DNA of 51,332 bases, from the NCBI GenBank assembly GCA_964532755.1, contig CAZHJO010000001.1, positions 1 to 51,332 on the forward strand. Reading direction: 5' to 3'. Made by a program: the position numbers and the translations under genes. Position 1 is the first letter of the stretch, and every line of letters begins with the position of its first letter. The notes under the pieces are model-generated. The model was not told the origin of the DNA. It searched no databases and saw nothing but the letters and a program-made list of their open reading frames with translations. Origin of the DNA: an uncultured Maribacter sp. (lineage in GTDB: Bacteria; Bacteroidota; Bacteroidia; Flavobacteriales; Flavobacteriaceae). Shown one piece after another: positions 1 through 9,590 of the stretch.

Positions 1-55
1 AATCTGGAAAGCTAATTCAAAATTACTCGGTCTCTTTAGCTTTCCTTTTCCTCCG
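1..55. repeat. Terminal 55-bp direct repeat (copy 1), circular-assembly overlap
   Basis: 1-55 identical to 51278-51332. Confidence 0.95.
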
Positions 56-108
56 GGTCCTGCGGGGCTTCCGCTTTTCTCTAACTTTCTCTCTTGTTTT
101 TTGATCAT
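1..108 (-). CDS. 5' part of a ~100-aa basic protein spanning the circular junction (DUF3008-like)
   Basis: ATG at 108 preceded by GGAGAG; frame stays open across the junction to TAA at 51083. Confidence 0.65.
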   Translation of the reverse strand, partial: MIKKQERKLEKSGSPAGPGGKGKLKRPSNFELAFQI

Positions 109-256
109 ATTTTTCACTCTCCAATTCCGCTTGGCATTCAAGGCGTAGCTCGAAAGCTACTTGTGACCTTAAATGCTGAGGGATTTCTTCGATCTGATTT
201 AATCCAAACTTCACCCGATACATCAATTCCGAAATTGATAATTCGTTTAAATTCAT
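23..256 (-). CDS. Hypothetical protein with basic C-terminus
   Basis: ORF in late operon; likely start MNLNEL at 256; 3' end overlaps the junction-spanning gene. Confidence 0.55.
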   Translation of the reverse strand: MNLNELSISELMYRVKFGLNQIEEIPQHLRSQVAFELRLECQAELESEKYDQKTREKVREKRKPRRTRRKRKAKETE

Positions 257-260
257 AATG

Positions 261-1025
261 TTATCTCTCTTGTCCGACCAAGAGCCAATCAAGGTTTATT
301 GTGTTTGCAGCAGCGGCACCTGTTTGGCACCCAAGAATGATGGTCAAATCTTCGTCGTCCGGGATGTTTGCATTTGAAGCGCCTACTACTGAGGCATTTA
401 AAGCAGTTCCATTGTACCATGGAATAATAGAACCATAGGGGTTTACCGTGAATCCAAGCTCAATGTAGGTGTCATCAGCTAAAGTGCCTGCGATGGCTGT
501 TCTCTCTGTGGATGTACCATTTTGTCTTGCATGAAAATCAAAGCTTGTAGCAGTTTCGGCTTTCTCGAAAAATATACCATCTGTAGGGAGAGTATCCAAA
601 AAGTTAGTATCGGTTAATGAAAGACCAAAATACGTCTCCATATCGTCGGCGTCGGACATGGCGAATCTTGCAAAACACCACAAACGCTTGCCGCTTACAT
701 ATCTGAATGCTTCCCCAGCTAAACGCATTTGGATAAAATTATTGTCAACAGTACCCGTTGACAACTGAAGAACCCCAAATTGCGTCGATGCTAAAGCGGT
801 TGCGCTTTCAGAGTTATTTGAACCTTCTACGAACCATCCAGCGGCGGGAGCTGTTACATGTCCTGCCGGTCCTTTCCAACTATAAAAATGGTCAAAGACG
901 GTTTGAATTCCAGAAGTGCCCGCTTGTCCAATCTGACCTACAACTTCCAAGGGTAAACCATTAAACCTATGATTAGCGCCTAATGGCCCACCCGTTGAGC
1001 GTGTAGGAGAATAGCTATTACCCAT
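261..1025 (-). CDS. Putative virion structural/capsid decoration protein (beta-rich)
   Basis: Directly after major capsid gene; AGGAG RBS; Gly/Thr-rich beta composition. Confidence 0.6.
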   Translation of the reverse strand: MGNSYSPTRSTGGPLGANHRFNGLPLEVVGQIGQAGTSGIQTVFDHFYSWKGPAGHVTAPAAGWFVEGSNNSESATALASTQFGVLQLSTGTVDNNFIQMRLAGEAFRYVSGKRLWCFARFAMSDADDMETYFGLSLTDTNFLDTLPTDGIFFEKAETATSFDFHARQNGTSTERTAIAGTLADDTYIELGFTVNPYGSIIPWYNGTALNASVVGASNANIPDDEDLTIILGCQTGAAAANTINLDWLLVGQER

Positions 1026-1055
1026 AACAAAACTCCTTACTGCGTTAAATTGTAA

Positions 1056-1964
1056 TTATCCCGTGGAGCCGTAAACACCTTTCCAAGAAGCATATGCGCC
1101 GATGGTATGACGTTGATATGCCGTAAAAACAGCATCTTTGGTCCAAGGGTTGTCAAACATATCAGACTGAGGGCGGTCTCTCCAGAAAAAGTTGAGGTCG
1201 TGTTTTCCCGGGGCTGCCAACAGGAACCAATAGGTGTCCGTAGTGATGTAGTGGCCGACCATGTAAGACAGGTCATCTTCTACCAGAGCATTGATTTCAT
1301 TGTCGGACGTGTAAGGTTTATATTGGCTGCCAAGAATCTCGCGTGCGGCATACATGTCGTTTGAAGTGATCAACAGACGTGTAGGTTTGATCCGAGTGGG
1401 TAACCCACGGTCATTTTTGAGGTCTTGGAAGTGTTTCATACCTGCTTGAATACCGGTAAGACTGAAACCAATATCCACGGAAGGACGGTTTCCTTGGGCA
1501 GTTTGGGAAGTGTCCAAGCTGGTGTGGCTGGTGGAGCAGAGAGATTCACCAGAGGTAAAACCATCATAAGTGGTGGAGAAAGCGTTGTTCAATACTGCAA
1601 AAGCGGACACCTCTTCGCGGTTACGGCCAGCTTCTGCCAGACAAGAGACCATTTCCTTGAAAACACCGTAAAGCTCATCTTTCCATGCTTCGTAAGTGAT
1701 TTCTACAGCAAGACCATAGGGTTGCGCGGTGTAAGTTTTGGTGCCGCCCATGATGACTTGATCAAGGTTAAACTGAGTGCCTTCAGGTTTACCAGGCATG
1801 GTACCAAGACCAGAAACCTGTTGATCTGTAATTGGGTTCCATTCCATATCAGATACATTTAAAACCATCGGGTATTCCCGGGGATATTCGGTACCCTTTT
1901 CTACGTAAACTTTTCTCAAATCAGGAGCAAGAAGTTCAGTGATTGATGCTCGCATATGTGCCAT
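1056..1964 (-). CDS. Major capsid protein (Mu gpT-like, HK97 fold)
   Basis: 302 aa; ELLAPDLRKVY, SGLG..P.KPEG, Y.LAVEIT.EA..D, CSTSH, W.G.YGS.G end; position after scaffold. Confidence 0.9.
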   Translation of the reverse strand: MAHMRASITELLAPDLRKVYVEKGTEYPREYPMVLNVSDMEWNPITDQQVSGLGTMPGKPEGTQFNLDQVIMGGTKTYTAQPYGLAVEITYEAWKDELYGVFKEMVSCLAEAGRNREEVSAFAVLNNAFSTTYDGFTSGESLCSTSHTSLDTSQTAQGNRPSVDIGFSLTGIQAGMKHFQDLKNDRGLPTRIKPTRLLITSNDMYAAREILGSQYKPYTSDNEINALVEDDLSYMVGHYITTDTYWFLLAAPGKHDLNFFWRDRPQSDMFDNPWTKDAVFTAYQRHTIGAYASWKGVYGSTG

Positions 1965-2025
1965 TTTTAAAAATCCTTATCTTATACTCTCCCAAACCCC
2001 TAAATAAAATTGCCCGATATTTCAA

Positions 2026-2508
2026 CTAAATAGCGTTGAAGGCTGAGTCGATGAAGGTAAATTTAACCTTGGCCAAATTGGTGCCGATGGCGTCCACAAA
2101 TTCAAGAACCATTACAGCAAGATCAGTAGTATCGCTTGAATTGATGTACCACACATTAGATGTAGTAGCTTCTAAAGAAATACCAAATCTGGTGTAACGG
2201 TTTCCAATCAAGCTTGTGTAATCTCCACCAGTATCACCAGCCCCAATACGTCCGGTAAATACAGCTCCCGGGGTAGCAGGAGCGATGGTTGCGGTAGTTT
2301 CCCCAGCTACAGCGGCACCTACCGCTACGCCGAGAATGGTGCCCGTAGTAGGTCCATCAGCAGCTTCTACAGCCAAACCGCTGGTACCGATGATAACCGC
2401 ACCGGCGTCCCAAGTAGTGGCACTGGCTTTGGTCACCTGCATTAGGTTCGTTGCACCCAGCCCAACAGTTTCGGCGGGTTTAAAATAATCGTTTGCAGTT
2501 AATGCCAT
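2026..2508 (-). CDS. Putative capsid cement/decoration protein
   Basis: 160 aa Ala/Gly/Thr-rich, ILGVA motif, immediately upstream of capsid gene. Confidence 0.6.
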   Translation of the reverse strand: MALTANDYFKPAETVGLGATNLMQVTKASATTWDAGAVIIGTSGLAVEAADGPTTGTILGVAVGAAVAGETTATIAPATPGAVFTGRIGAGDTGGDYTSLIGNRYTRFGISLEATTSNVWYINSSDTTDLAVMVLEFVDAIGTNLAKVKFTFIDSAFNAI

Positions 2509-2528
2509 TTCTTTTTCCTTTCAATAGG

Positions 2529-3191
2529 TTATTTAATCGGCAGCCCTTTGATAGGGCCTTTTTTCATTTGGTTGCCCAAATGTTGTAAAGCGGTCTGACT
2601 TGCTCCGCGAGATTGCATTTGACTTCTAAATTGCCTGCCATCTTGGATACCAGCGTGGAATTTAAAGGTATCAGGGTGTTTGTTCACCATATCTTCAATA
2701 TCAGATTCAAGGCCGTATTCCTGCATTCTAAGACGGTCGGCACGTTCTTTTTCGATTTTATCAAATTCCTCTTGAGGTATAGCAAAGGCCATTACATCAC
2801 CTACGCGAACGGTGTTGTCAGCCTCAAATTTCCATTTGTCTCGATCTTCCACCATGTCTTTAGAGACAGGAATCCAACCTTCTGCTCGGGCCTTCCAAGC
2901 AGATGCTCCACGATGTGATACAAAGTTTACGAACCGACAAACCCAACCCTCTTTCATATGCAGATGGAAATAGTCCTTATGTATTTGGCGTTGAATATCC
3001 CGGTCTTCCTCGAAAGCTTTTGGGTTGATTGGTGCAAGGCCGCCATTATCAGTAAATTCTTGGGCTGCTTTATCTAAATCATCTTGACGTTTTGCAAGTT
3101 CTTCGACTCGTTTGTAGCCAGCAGGCGGTAGATCTACGTTTTTGTGAGCTGCGGCAGCTTGTTCTTTGTTATAAACCTTTTTCTTCGGCAT
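2529..3191 (-). CDS. Head-module hypothetical protein
   Basis: Between scaffold and capsid genes; GWVCRFVN..EGWIPV..VGDVM pattern. Confidence 0.6.
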   Translation of the reverse strand: MPKKKVYNKEQAAAAHKNVDLPPAGYKRVEELAKRQDDLDKAAQEFTDNGGLAPINPKAFEEDRDIQRQIHKDYFHLHMKEGWVCRFVNFVSHRGASAWKARAEGWIPVSKDMVEDRDKWKFEADNTVRVGDVMAFAIPQEEFDKIEKERADRLRMQEYGLESDIEDMVNKHPDTFKFHAGIQDGRQFRSQMQSRGASQTALQHLGNQMKKGPIKGLPIK

Positions 3192-3226
3192 TGTAAATTA
3201 TCCCTTCAAAGTGAAGTTTTTGGCTT

Positions 3227-4033
3227 TTAAATGAAATCCTTATGTTTTGCGTAATATTCAGGCCAGCCTCCGGCAAACCCTCTGCGCTGAAACTCTTGGT
3301 CAGCGGTAAGCCCCTTTTCGCGTAAGGCCTGTACGGCACTGGTAGACATCACATCTTCAAAGGCCGGAACCTCAACTTCACCAAATTTTTGTTTTTGTGG
3401 CCGGTTGACGCTATTCGCGTCGATCCCGGCCTGTTTTGCTGCAGCTTCGCGGTTTTGCTGCTCCATTTGGGCTTGGAATATTTTTTCTGAGTTTTTACCT
3501 ACAGCCTGATTGTAGGCTATCTGACGAACGTCCATGTTCATCTGCTGCTCTTGTGTAAGATTCGACATAAATTCTTCAAAATCTTTTTTCACCAGTTCAT
3601 AATGGGGCATTTTTGATCTGGATACTTCACTTGTTAGTTGGTTGATTGTTTGCATTCCCATGTTCCGTATCGGGTCAAGATCCTCATGCCGGATACGGGT
3701 GCTGGTGATTTTTCGTTCCAGGGAAGCGCGTTTTTTATTCAAAGCTTTGATTCCCCTACCATTCTCAATATTGCTGTCAATCTGTTCCAATACCTCCTCA
3801 AGTTCCTGCTCCATAGGTGAGATGGTCTCTTGGAGCGTCGGGCCTTGAGGCTGCATGGGTGCCTGCTGTTGGGTAGGGTTTGCCATAGTGCTTAGGTTTG
3901 TTTCGAAATGATCAAGCTTGGTTTTAAGGCTTTCCCATTCCTCTTTGGGGATGGACACGTTATCTTGTGCTTGTGCACGCCCCCCGTCATCAGTTTGGCC
4001 AGTGTCATCCACATTTGGTTCAAATTCGCCCAT
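3227..4033 (-). CDS. Putative capsid scaffolding protein
   Basis: Acidic, Gln-rich, coiled-coil-like; between portal and capsid. Confidence 0.7.
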   Translation of the reverse strand: MGEFEPNVDDTGQTDDGGRAQAQDNVSIPKEEWESLKTKLDHFETNLSTMANPTQQQAPMQPQGPTLQETISPMEQELEEVLEQIDSNIENGRGIKALNKKRASLERKITSTRIRHEDLDPIRNMGMQTINQLTSEVSRSKMPHYELVKKDFEEFMSNLTQEQQMNMDVRQIAYNQAVGKNSEKIFQAQMEQQNREAAAKQAGIDANSVNRPQKQKFGEVEVPAFEDVMSTSAVQALREKGLTADQEFQRRGFAGGWPEYYAKHKDFI

Positions 4034-4275
4034 TAGCTGTTCCTTTCAAGTTGGTCTTGGTGTTCTTTGATTTCGCTTTGAAACATTCGATATAGAGCCT
4101 GATATGTCTTCAATTCCGCTGCATAGGCGGTGCCTTCGGGATATGCTCCGCGCAATAAACAATCTTGCATTTGTATAGTTAAGATATTGACTTTCCTGGT
4201 AATCCAATCTTGGAAGTCGTCCGTTGCTCTTGAATCGCTTTTTATGTGCTCAATCCATCTACGCAATGACATCAC
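4033..4275 (-). CDS. Small helical protein downstream of portal
   Basis: Overlaps portal end and is coupled to the scaffold start. Confidence 0.6.
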   Translation of the reverse strand: MMSLRRWIEHIKSDSRATDDFQDWITRKVNILTIQMQDCLLRGAYPEGTAYAAELKTYQALYRMFQSEIKEHQDQLERNS

Positions 4276-6151
4276 CTCCTAATTCGGGGGTAACTTGCTC
4301 GGTTCCCATTTCTTGCTCGGCGGCCGCCTGCTGTTGCTGCAACAGACCCCCCATAAGTTGTCCCATTACATCGTTTGATACTTGGGCATTTTCTTCTAAT
4401 GAGTTTATCTCATTTTCGACATCAATCACAAATGTTTTTGGGTCGCGCACTACATCAAATGTGTTTATCGTTCGTTCGATGGCTGTGCTGGCCGCTGTAG
4501 CTATTTTGATTGCGATGTCACGCACTTCTGTGGGCGTTTCGGGCGCTGATGCTAATGTAATCAGTTCAAGCGTCCTCTGGTAATAACTGCCCAATAAGTT
4601 GGTTAGCAGCACGGAGTCCTGTCGATCTGCGGCGGTGTTTTTTGATGCTGATGCTGCGGTCAATTCGACTGCCACTTGTTCATCGAATTTATCATCTTTG
4701 AGCAGTTGGATTATGCGCATTCCGTGGGTGTATCCCATAGATTGAAGAATTGATGCTTCTGCAAGCGTGTCTCCTGCCAGTAAACGTTCTTGATACCGGT
4801 ATAGGCATTGAAGCAAGGCCCCAGCTAAACCTGCTCGAATTGAATCGAAGGCCGGTGTGAAGCGCTTAGAAACTTGTTGGAGCATTGACATTGTAGTGAT
4901 ACCCGGGGTCCGATTTGGGACATTCCCCGGGGAGACAGCATCATTGATGCCCACCCTATTGTTGGCCAATTGTTGTACCATCTGTTGCTCTTGATAGATT
5001 GAGCCATAAACATCAGCCATTGCCATATTCTTCAGGGAATCAGCCGATGCTCCTTGCACCACTTTATTAGGAATTATGGCCATGTTTTCCGGGATAGTAC
5101 CATCACCCACCCAAAATCGGCTATTGGCCAGGAGCATGTTTAGGGTTCCGAAGTTGTGGATATCGGTTAGTTTTTCTTCATAGGGGTCAATCATCCCTAA
5201 GACACCGAGACCAAAAAACATGTGAGCACGTCTTTGGTAGACCATCTTCACACCCGGCCTACGGTCCATGGGGTTATAGGTGCAAAGGCCTATCTTACCG
5301 GATGAATGGTTATAAATGATCATTAGATCCTCATCTATACCATCCCCATCTATGTCATAATAACAAAACAAGAGCTGTACATCATAGATATTGCTTTTAG
5401 ATTCAACACCTTCCATATGTTGACCTAAAACTTCTCTTGCAGCCCTGACAGTGTTTCTGGCTCCTAATGGCTGAAATTGATCTATATCCACGTTGTTGGC
5501 TTTAGCTAAAGCGTTTAATTCGTGCTCCGTGTAATAAAATTGGAAGCCAAAAAGGGCCATTTCGTCAATATCAGTTTTGTTTCCGGCGGTGCAAATCACA
5601 TCCTCAGGGGCTACTGCCCGGATTCTTGGGCCCCGGGAAAGTACCTTGGCTGTCTTGGTCTTTTTCTGTTTTTCAACCCAAGGAACGTAGAAGAATCCTG
5701 ACCCCAATTGAACGGTGTCCAATAGGGAGTCTTCAGCGGCATTACGTAATCCAACCTCAGGAGATTGAGACAGAGCGTTGCAAAATTGCTGTAGTGCATT
5801 AACTGCTTCGACTAATTCCGGCTTAGCTTCAGCTCGGCGCCTTGCCCTTGCGGTGATTAGTGGCGTTGTGGAAAAAATTAAGTCGATAACTTGAGCGTTT
5901 ATTGTATCTGCTGCAGTGGCACCAACAGGTACTTCAATATTTGGCGCGTTTGGTATTGGTACATCCCTTGTTTCTTGTTTTGGGATCCCTTCATACATCT
6001 TTAAGTGCCTACGCCAACTCACTTCTAATGGTCTTCGGGAAGATACAGCATCAGACACCATCAATTCAACCCAACTCTCCATTGTTTGCAGATCTTCTTC
6101 AGTGTATTTCAATTTTTGAAGAATTTTATATTTGTCTTGAAATCTTGCCAT
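4259..6151 (-). CDS. Portal protein (podovirus/P22-like)
   Basis: 630 aa; helical N-terminus, G.GFFYV.W, YYDIDGDGIDE, FFGLGV, Gln-rich C-terminal tail. Confidence 0.88.
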   Translation of the reverse strand: MARFQDKYKILQKLKYTEEDLQTMESWVELMVSDAVSSRRPLEVSWRRHLKMYEGIPKQETRDVPIPNAPNIEVPVGATAADTINAQVIDLIFSTTPLITARARRRAEAKPELVEAVNALQQFCNALSQSPEVGLRNAAEDSLLDTVQLGSGFFYVPWVEKQKKTKTAKVLSRGPRIRAVAPEDVICTAGNKTDIDEMALFGFQFYYTEHELNALAKANNVDIDQFQPLGARNTVRAAREVLGQHMEGVESKSNIYDVQLLFCYYDIDGDGIDEDLMIIYNHSSGKIGLCTYNPMDRRPGVKMVYQRRAHMFFGLGVLGMIDPYEEKLTDIHNFGTLNMLLANSRFWVGDGTIPENMAIIPNKVVQGASADSLKNMAMADVYGSIYQEQQMVQQLANNRVGINDAVSPGNVPNRTPGITTMSMLQQVSKRFTPAFDSIRAGLAGALLQCLYRYQERLLAGDTLAEASILQSMGYTHGMRIIQLLKDDKFDEQVAVELTAASASKNTAADRQDSVLLTNLLGSYYQRTLELITLASAPETPTEVRDIAIKIATAASTAIERTINTFDVVRDPKTFVIDVENEINSLEENAQVSNDVMGQLMGGLLQQQQAAAEQEMGTEQVTPELGGDVIA

Positions 6152-6238
6152 TTAACAGCCCCCAAAATACGAATTGATAAACATGCATATAAGAAAAATC
6201 ATAAGTAACTCAAAATATCGTTTGGTTTGTTTTTTCAA
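6152..6238 (-). CDS. Possible 28-aa membrane peptide ending in FGGC
   Basis: TTG start overlapping upstream TGA; MKKQTKRYFELLMIFLICMFINSYFGGC fills the gap exactly. Confidence 0.3.
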   Translation of the reverse strand: MKKQTKRYFELLMIFLICMFINSYFGGC

Positions 6239-8793
6239 TCTAATATCCACTTGTTATTAGGAAATTTAACAACATTATCACCAAACTTCAACAACTTTGG
6301 TTCTGATGGGGGTTCCGGTCCACCCAATGGGAACCCAAAAGCTGCAAATTCGCGACCCTCTACCGATGTTGGAGCATATACCGTCAAACGCAAGTATCTT
6401 GCCGCCGGATAGGGGGGGTTTAAAGCTAAGGTCAGCCATTCATCGCTGGTGCAGTTCTGGCTTTGAATCCCTATAGTCCACGGGTCGCTGGTAGTTTCCC
6501 TGTAATCAATGTCGAAATTATCACACCAAAATGACCCGCCGGAGTTACCGAAAAATGAGAAGGTCCTTAACTCGTAATTTTGCGCTAAATCGTATGTTAC
6601 GGAAACTGATGTTTGGCTTGCCGCACCAAAAGATGTAGTTATATCTTTGTCGGTAATATGGCTAACTGGTAATAGAGGGTCGAAGTTTCCGCTGTCGGTG
6701 GTGGACATTGTTTCTAAAGGGATTACAGCGGAATGGTCGCACATTACGGAATGGACTGTGGTATATGAAGGTTCTCCCCCCTCATAAGCTTTAAATGTAA
6801 TATTTGCTGATGTATTGCATCCACTTCCAAAATTTGTTGGCTGGGTGTGAGTTGTACCTCCTGTGGAATTCATCTCAAACATGAGGTTCCAAGCAACTTC
6901 GCCGTCAGAGAATGCGTATCTAACAGTGGCGTCTCGATCTGTTACCGCAGTCAGGGTATAACTGTCACCAGTCACTTGGGTTCCATCAGGGGATACTGAT
7001 GTGATTACCGGATTTAATACAGGACCTCCACCGGAACCAAATTGTTTGGCACCTATGTCGGGAATTGCCCCATTCCGGCAATCATATTCAGGACACCAGT
7101 AGACAGGATCGTTATTAGACCAGGATATTGGGTTTACTAAATTGAGGCGGTTGGAACCATAGCTGATAGACGCAATTTGGGCCTCAGTGTTGCCTACTAA
7201 TATCATGTCCCCTGGTACGCGGTTTTGGTAAGAAATACCTGCGGAGAACCCCTCTGGATCATCGACAATAAGGTAACGTGAGCTGCTGCCGGAGCCGTTT
7301 GCTCTTGTGACATGACCAGCTTGGCCGCGAGCTTGGGATAGAGCTGAAAGCCCAAAATCGTGGTTTGCTGGGGGACCAGAAACATTATTAGGAACGTCAA
7401 TAAATCCTGGGTTCCCTATAAAAGAGTGTTGCTCTCCACCCTCACTGCCAGTATTTCCAACATAGTTTTGCCAAGAATTGAAGTTGGTATAAGAGTTCAA
7501 AGTTGGATTATCGTAGTAACAATTTTTAAATTGGCCGGTAATGTACATGTTGTAATCGAGCCGGTTGTTGTTAATGCCGGTTACATGTTCTCTTACGTCG
7601 CAATTCCTATGTTGACCAATAATGTTGTTGAACATATTCGCGCGAGCATCCCACGCGGGGGTGAGTCCATTGTAATTACTGGATGCCGGAAGTGTCGAAT
7701 TGGGGCCGTCGTAGGATCGGTCATTGTTCAAAACCGTATTATTATAGACCCAGTATCTATCATAAATACCGACACCTGAATGGTTATCGTAGATTATATT
7801 CCCACGAACAATATTATCCCAAGCAGTAGCATTAGTCCCACGAGATATTCCGGCACCCGCATCGGTGTCGTTACCCCCTTTTGTAGGACCATTGTTGTCT
7901 CCCATAGAGCCCCAAACAGTGTTGTACTCAATCGTGATATATCGAGTACCTTTCATGTCTATACCGTTCTCTGCGTTTCGATAAACTTCATTATAACGGT
8001 ACCAAATACCATAATTTTCTGGATTAGCGTTTGGCACAAAGCTGCCATTCATCTGGCAAGAATCAGAGACATAAGACTCTCCAAACTTGTTGTATTCCAC
8101 TAACCCATATTGCCATTGGCCGGTTTGTCCTTCAATGGATGTACCATTTGAATAACTGCCTGAGTATTCATTATGATGAATCCAAAAATACATTGGAGGG
8201 TTTGAAGTTCCTCCTTGCAGGATCTTTATGCCATTAAACGGCAAACCTCTAAAAACACAATAAGATACTGTAGCATAATCAGCACCTGAAATAATAATAC
8301 CCATTTCACGGGAACCGCAGTTCTCCCTTTCATAAATGTAGTTGTTTCCTATAAAATTACAATTGGTTATAGTGACATGGCTACCATAAACAAGTATGCT
8401 TGACCCGTTACCCGTAAGCTGGCAGTTATGCATTTTAAGATTGAGACCATCAATTATAATGTGGTCGCCGGATATCGTCCATGTGTAAGTATTTCCAGAC
8501 GTAGAGCCTTTTACGTAAACATTTTCACTTTGATAATTTGTAAATGTGATTGGGTTTGATGATGTGCCATCTACACTCGATCCCAGGCTTAAAGTCTGTG
8601 AGTAAGTGCCTCCCCGGATAAACACGGTATCCCCGGCGTTAACTCGGTTTATGGCCCGCTGGATGGTGCGAAAAGCCGTACCCACAGATGTGCCTGAGTT
8701 GTTATCGTTGCCTGATGATCCACTCACATAGTAATTAGCTCCATAACAAGGTGTTGCCAGCATCAATAGGAATATCAGATAATAACCGCGCAT
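6235..8793 (-). CDS. Secreted right-handed beta-helix (pectin-lyase-like) protein with C-terminal F5/8-type-C-like domain
   Basis: Signal peptide MRGYYLIFLLMLATPCYG; YYV...GNDNNSGT...AFRTIQRA...AGDTVFIRGGTY; Asn ladders; ARYLRLTV. Confidence 0.85.
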   Translation of the reverse strand: MRGYYLIFLLMLATPCYGANYYVSGSSGNDNNSGTSVGTAFRTIQRAINRVNAGDTVFIRGGTYSQTLSLGSSVDGTSSNPITFTNYQSENVYVKGSTSGNTYTWTISGDHIIIDGLNLKMHNCQLTGNGSSILVYGSHVTITNCNFIGNNYIYERENCGSREMGIIISGADYATVSYCVFRGLPFNGIKILQGGTSNPPMYFWIHHNEYSGSYSNGTSIEGQTGQWQYGLVEYNKFGESYVSDSCQMNGSFVPNANPENYGIWYRYNEVYRNAENGIDMKGTRYITIEYNTVWGSMGDNNGPTKGGNDTDAGAGISRGTNATAWDNIVRGNIIYDNHSGVGIYDRYWVYNNTVLNNDRSYDGPNSTLPASSNYNGLTPAWDARANMFNNIIGQHRNCDVREHVTGINNNRLDYNMYITGQFKNCYYDNPTLNSYTNFNSWQNYVGNTGSEGGEQHSFIGNPGFIDVPNNVSGPPANHDFGLSALSQARGQAGHVTRANGSGSSSRYLIVDDPEGFSAGISYQNRVPGDMILVGNTEAQIASISYGSNRLNLVNPISWSNNDPVYWCPEYDCRNGAIPDIGAKQFGSGGGPVLNPVITSVSPDGTQVTGDSYTLTAVTDRDATVRYAFSDGEVAWNLMFEMNSTGGTTHTQPTNFGSGCNTSANITFKAYEGGEPSYTTVHSVMCDHSAVIPLETMSTTDSGNFDPLLPVSHITDKDITTSFGAASQTSVSVTYDLAQNYELRTFSFFGNSGGSFWCDNFDIDYRETTSDPWTIGIQSQNCTSDEWLTLALNPPYPAARYLRLTVYAPTSVEGREFAAFGFPLGGPEPPSEPKLLKFGDNVVKFPNNKWILD

Positions 8794-9590
8794 TAATCAC
8801 TACCGCCTTTACCGCCGTCAATACCGGATGTATAAATTTCGCTGACTTCAGTGGATGTAAGAGCGTCGTTGAAAACAATCACCTCATCCATTAAACCTAA
8901 GAAATATTGTGCAGCGGATCGACCAAGATAAAACGGTTCGCCGGAGTTGTTTAATCCTGCTGAATAGGTTAGAGGATTCGCGGCGCCGTTTGAGTCAAGA
9001 GAGCCGTTTAAATAAATTCGGACATCTGTGTTATCATAAACAAAGCAGCCGTGGTACCAAGTGCTGGCACTTAAAGCTGTGCCACCCTGGCATTTCACAG
9101 TGGTTGTTCCATCCGAAGATACCGCTACTTCCAGGGTGTTGGTGGCATTTTCAAGAAAGAATCTCCAGCTTTCAGAATCGGAGATTCTCCCCTTGCTGGC
9201 TAAAGTACGTTCAGCACTAAAGTTGTCGGCATTAAACCAAAGGCACACTGAGATTGCCTGGTCAGCGCCGTAAATATCTGTCGAACCCCCATCTGCCTGG
9301 TAAAGGTTATCCCCCAGGGTGCCCGGAAAGTCTCTTGAATCTCCCGAATAGCTTGAAGGGACCGATGTAGATGTTGGTACGGAACCGTTTTCGGTTAAGT
9401 TTGCTCCATAGGTTGTTTGATCTGATTCACTCGCAGACGAGTTCATATAATAGGCCGCTCGGGCGTTAGTGTCGCTGGTGTAATCTGTCGCACTTGAGCC
9501 GCCGGTAGCTGATTTTTTCAAAAACATTATCATATCTGCATTTGCAAACATTGGTGTGCATAACATTATGATTATAATTAATTTTTTCAT
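8793..9590 (-). CDS. Secreted LamG/concanavalin-like domain protein
   Basis: Signal peptide MKKLIIIIMLCTPMFANA; ISVCLWF, TWYH..FVYD, IYLNG, F.GLMDEVIVFNDALT. Confidence 0.85.
   Translation of the reverse strand: MKKLIIIIMLCTPMFANADMIMFLKKSATGGSSATDYTSDTNARAAYYMNSSASESDQTTYGANLTENGSVPTSTSVPSSYSGDSRDFPGTLGDNLYQADGGSTDIYGADQAISVCLWFNADNFSAERTLASKGRISDSESWRFFLENATNTLEVAVSSDGTTTVKCQGGTALSASTWYHGCFVYDNTDVRIYLNGSLDSNGAANPLTYSAGLNNSGEPFYLGRSAAQYFLGLMDEVIVFNDALTSTEVSEIYTSGIDGGKGGSD

Noticed and set aside
1-55. Biological terminal direct repeat
   Set aside because: Exactly 55 bp, a common assembler k-mer, and it falls inside a gene; best read as circular overlap
4447-5798. GCACTACA-type boxes within the portal gene
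   Set aside because: No promoter context; probably chance matches
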